In this document: piece by piece, positions 59,979-64,000 of the stretch
How the letters are laid out: each line of letters starts with the position of its first letter
How positions within the stretch are numbered: the stretch's first letter is position 1
Assembly: GCA_054600435.1 (NCBI GenBank)
Contig: BAAIJX010000082.1
Location: forward strand, 1-64,000
Length of the DNA: 64,000 nucleotides
Source: Neophaeotheca triangularis
Taxonomy: Eukaryota
Direction of reading: 5' to 3'
Translations under genes and position numbers: made by a program
Notes under the pieces: model-generated
The model's input: the letters and a program-made list of their open reading frames with translations, nothing else
The model's database searches: none
What the model was told of the DNA's origin: nothing

Positions 59979-60259
59979 CATCTTCTTCTTTCCGCAACTT
60001 GAACCTTCGCGATCCGGCATTTAATTGTTTGGTATAGCGAGCGTGCTATTTGGTTTTGTATGACGCTTTTTCCAGGGGTTGGTGGTGTAGCTATTTTGAT
60101 GGGGTGTATCTTGTGCATATGGTATATCTTACAGTAGTGGGCGGGCCTTTTTGTATAATGACTTATAGCTCCGGCTGTCTTTTTTAGACTTTGATTGCCC
60201 GTGGGCCGGATCTACAGGTACGGTGCAGGTTGTGGATTTTATGTCATTTGGGCTTTGGG

Positions 60260-60589
60260 CCGAGGGCCAGCAATACAGTTAGCATGTGAAAGGAAAGGAG
60301 AGGCGATGGCGACAAGCTGTATTCGGTGCAGCAATAATGAAAGTATTATATGCATGTATTACCACTATAATAATAACTTACCCACCTCCACGACCAAAAC
60401 ATGCCAAGCCCTCTCGACCGTCGCCTTTGGCCCGAAAGTCGCGAGAGAGAAGAGAGGGAGAGAGAAGTGGGTGAGGTCATTAAAGGTACCTACAGTAGGT
60501 AAGGTAGTGGAGGTGCAGGTGCAGGTGTGCCGGGGCGGCATTGACTGGTACTGGCACACATGACGTCGCGGCCAACCTTTGGACCGAGG
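60260..60589 (+). promoter_or_regulatory. Two CCGAGG (FarA/FarB-type fatty-acid response) cores at 60260-60265 and 60584-60589, upstream of the carnitine carrier
   Basis: Exact hexamers in the promoter of a fatty-acid/acetate utilisation gene. CCGAGG is the described core for Aspergillus FarA/FarB. Confidence 0.5.
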
Positions 60590-60868
60590 CACCAATCGGC
60601 AAACTCCCAAGCTAAGGTACTGGACGATACGTACAGCAGGGCAGACGCAAGAGCAGAGCTCCTCTGGGCCAATTAACTTATTATTACCCGACTCCCTTTC
60701 TACTCATCTGCGTGCGAGGGAAACAGAAATCCGTCTCTTTCGTCTACCTACCTACACGTACACATCTACCCTCATCCCACTCCCGCCCACCACCCTGTCC
60801 CCCTCCCCCATCCACGCCCACGCCCGCTCCCACGCCCAACGCCCACAGCCCACAGCCCACAGCCCAAA

Positions 60869-62140
60869 ATGTCCAACGCCTCCTCGACCTCGACGACAAT
60901 AACCGAGTCCCTCCCCTCCAAAGACGCCCTCCCCAGCACCGAAGATGTAGCCCAAGCGGCGAAAAAGAGCTTCTCCAGCTTGCGGGACTTTGCGGCCGGC
61001 GGCGCGGGCGGCGTGTGTGCTGTCGTCGTCGGACATCCTTTTGATCTGGTCAAAGTGAGGTTGCAGACGGCGGAAAAGGGGGTTTATTCGGGCGCTATGG
61101 ATGTGGTTAGGAAGACTGTGGCTAGGGAGGGGTTGGCTAGGGTGAGTTGTCTTTTTTTTCTGGAGAGTTGTGTTGGGGCGGGAGGGAGTAGTGGGTTGGG
61201 TTGGGTTGGAGATGGTTTGTGAGGTTTGTTGACGAGCTGTGGCTGACTGTTTCTTCCGTCTCATCTAGGGAATGTACGCAGGTGTTTCTGCGCCGTTGGT
61301 GGGAGTGACGCCGATGTGTGAGTAACCCTCTCTCTCTCTCTCTCTCCTCGCTCTTGGACTCGAGAGGATGCGTGAGAGGGAAGAAAGAAGAAGCTAACAA
61401 TCAAAAACAGTCGCCGTGAGCTTCTGGGTACGTGCTACTGCATTCCAGTCTTCAACCCGACCTCCCTATCCTAACCCGAACTCCCAATCCAGGGCTACGG
61501 CGTAGGCAAACAACTCGTCGAATCCGTCAGCGAAGTCAAAGACGGCCAATACAGCGTCGGCCAAGTCTCGGCGGCAGGCTTCTTCTCCGCCATTCCCATG
61601 ACGCTAATAACGGCACCCTTTGAGCGCGTCAAAGTGCTGCTACAAATACAAGGCCAGAAAGAGCTCAAACCCGGCGAGAAGCCGAAATACTCGGGCGGCT
61701 TCGACGTCGTCAAGCAACTCTACAAAGAAGGCGGCATGAAGTCCGTCTTCCGCGGTTCCGCCATGACGCTCGCCCGCGACGGCCCCGGCAGCGCCGCCTA
61801 CTTCGCCACCTACGAGACCATCAAGCGCAAACTCACGCCCAAGGACGACAACGGCAAGCCCGGCGAGCTGAGCCTGACGGCCGTCATGGCCGCCGGCGGT
61901 TCCGCCGGCGTCGCGATGTGGATCCCCGTCTTCCCCGTCGATACCATCAAGAGCCGGCTGCAGTCTGCCGAGGGCAATCCGAGCATCATGGGCACGATAC
62001 GCTCCTTGTACGGCGCCGGCGGCTTCAAGGCTTTCTTCCCTGGTATCGGCCCTGCCATGGCGAGAGCGGTACCGGCCAATGCGGCGACTTTCTTGGGAGT
62101 CGAGCTGGCGCACAAGGCTTTGACCAAGGCTTTGGATTGA
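60869..62140 (+). CDS. CRC1: Mitochondrial carnitine/acylcarnitine carrier (AcuH/Crc1); exons 60869-61141, 61269-61317, 61411-61427, 61493-62140
   Basis: Three carrier signatures (GHPFDLVKVRLQ, APFERVKVLLQ, FPVDTIKSRLQ), GVTPMFAVSFWGY, RDGPGSAAYF, RAVPANAATF. Confidence 0.96.
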
Positions 62141-62289
62141 TTGGATGAGTTTGTGTAGGTAGGCTGGTAAAAATTGGGGGATAATAAAGCGGGTTCTCAG
62201 TCTTATAAGCGGGGATAGATCGATCAATGCCACGGCCTGCGTTGGAGCGACGGCCTCCCATGTACAAACGTCTTGAAGCACTTTTTTCT

Positions 62290-62292
<3 letters not shown>

Positions 62293-62322
<30 letters not shown>
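62293..62322. repeat. (CA)15 microsatellite
   Basis: Read directly. Confidence 0.95.
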
Positions 62323-62323
<1 letters not shown>

Positions 62324-62499
62324 CTCGAACATCTGCCAATCTACGAGAGAGAAAAGCTCTCAGCCCCTATCGTCCAGCCACGATCTCTGTAACCTCGCGT
62401 GTCAGAAACAAGAAAAAAAAAAGAAAAGGGGGGCCAAGTGAGAAGAAAAGATTTCCGTGATTTAACTCTCGAGGTATAATAGAGAAGAAAAGTCCCTCG

Positions 62500-63926
62500 T
62501 CATACCGCATTGTTTACATCGTGGCGGCGGCCGGGATCGCCCTCGTCCCTGCGCAACGACTCGGCCCGGTCGCTGAAACCATCTCTATCGTCGTAGCTGC
62601 CGTCCCTCGAACTCCGCTGCTCCATCATCGCCCACGGCCCTCCGTGTGCTTTGCGCGCGCTCTCCCAGCCGTAAACGCTGCTGTGCAACTCGACAGCGGA
62701 ATGGGCGGGCGAGGCATTGCCGCCGGTGAGAGCGCGCTCGTCGAGGCCGCTGGAGCGTTTTGCCTTAGCGCCGCCGCCGCCGCCGCCCTGGCTCGTCTGC
62801 GCTTTCCGCCCGTCCCACTGTCCCGACCCCGCTGTCGTGCTGCCCAGTGTTGCCGTGGCCCGCTTGCTCCGGTTGCGACTCGACCGCAGCGCGTCGACGA
62901 GGTATTTGCGCAAAAAGGCCCGCAGCGACGGCGCGCACGCGCAGATGATGCCTAATTGGCATTCGACAATGGACCAGATGAAGAGGTCGAAGCCGATCCA
63001 GGAGGTATCCGGGTTGGTGCCCATTTCGGTGAGGTAGTAAGTGCGGGCGATACCGGCGCCGGCGACGAGGGCGCCGGTGGCGAAGATGGCGTTGAGGGCG
63101 AGTTTCTGCCGGAAGTTGATTTGCAGGTCGTAGCGGCTGAGCATGATGCAAGGGAGGAGGACGGCGTAGAGGTCGCTGATGACGCTGAAGGAGCCGATGG
63201 CGGGGTTGAAGTGCGTGCCGGCGTCGGCGCAGTGGTGAGGGGTCGAGGCCGCCCATTCGTAGTCGTAGGATCTCCAGTACGCTTCGAGCGGTTGGCAGAT
63301 GAGGCAGTAGGCGAGGAAGAAACCGAGGCAGTAGAGGGCTGTAAAGGCCATGGCGCCCCAGATGGCGAATTGCCATTTGCGCTCCACGTCGACGGCCATG
63401 CGGCGGTAGAAGAGGAGGATGGAGATTTTGGTTGCGCAGCTGGACGTGAGGAAGAAAACTTGGGCTAGCCAGGCCGTCTGAGAATGGGGAGGCGTTTAGT
63501 TGGGTTGAACAAAGGGGTGAGAGGGCAGGTGGGGTGACTACTCACAAGGGCGGCAGGGGGAAAGAGATCAGGTCTCACATCCCAGGTATGTCTATCGACG
63601 CCGTGGTGTATGGTGTTGACCCATGCCGTGGTGGTCAAGCCCACTGACAATAACTATTTTCACGTCAGCCTGTGGTCGATGAAAATCTGCCAACAAGCTC
63701 GACCGACACTCACCCAAGCGACGAAGATGAAGAGATCATCCAACCCAAAGGGTCCCGCTAGTTTTCGAGCTCTAAGGAAGAATCGACCAAAGACCAACAA
63801 GGTCGAGACAATCTGCCAGACGAGGGAAAAAGCGGGCATCCATGTTCTTCGCTCTGGGTCGGCGTAGTTTGGCTCCGGCCAACTTGCCCACACAGACAGT
63901 GGGACATCTGCAAAGTTTCCGCCCAT
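62500..63926 (-). CDS. PTH11-like (fungal rhodopsin-domain) integral membrane protein without CFEM; exons 63926-63714, 63653-63546, 63477-62500
   Basis: WPEPNYADP, R...FGLDDLFI, G..RHTWDV, TKISILLFYRR, CQPLEAYW, SDL...LLP, WSIVECQLGIICACAPSLR. Confidence 0.9.
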
Positions 63927-64000
63927 GTCGAGGATGCTGGAAAAATAGCAAAACCAACCGAGCTCGTGCAACGGGCGGACAGCAGTGTACTTTTACCTTT

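Overview
Gene-dense, intron-containing eukaryotic DNA from a filamentous ascomycete. Pezizomycotina is well supported; a Dothideomycete origin is likely but unproven. I read about 26 protein-coding genes, most with hand-built GT-AG intron structures. In order: a small ORF, a PPR-like mitochondrial protein, RET3, a Sas2-like MYST acetyltransferase, a FUSC/ArAE membrane protein, BFR1, a PQ-loop protein and an orphan gene. Next is a compact genome-maintenance block (MSH2, MCM2, UBR7/Mlo2, F-box, REV1, FPR4, NASP/Hif1, DPB2). Then come SAM synthetase, a GH128 glucanase, fimbrin, the divergent galactofuranose pair glfA/glfB, MAD1, a fatty-acid elongase relic, ALG1, a His-rich CDF zinc transporter, the carnitine carrier and a PTH11-like membrane protein. 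I found no tRNA, rRNA, CRISPR array or recognisable transposon. The best candidate for an undescribed system is the ~700-nt region downstream of the SAM-synthetase stop codon. It holds about nine closely packed stems, whose G-U pairs favour the mRNA strand, and candidate 3'-UTR splice sites buried in those stems. This suggests a SAM-responsive RNA control element analogous to, but different in sequence from, vertebrate MAT2A. Also notable: an MCB-box-marked replication/histone-chaperone cluster, a GAAA-capped structured RNA candidate near 15.8 kb, and a recurrent C-rich-then-G-rich switch at gene 3' ends. All protein calls come from motif recognition by eye; no database search was run.
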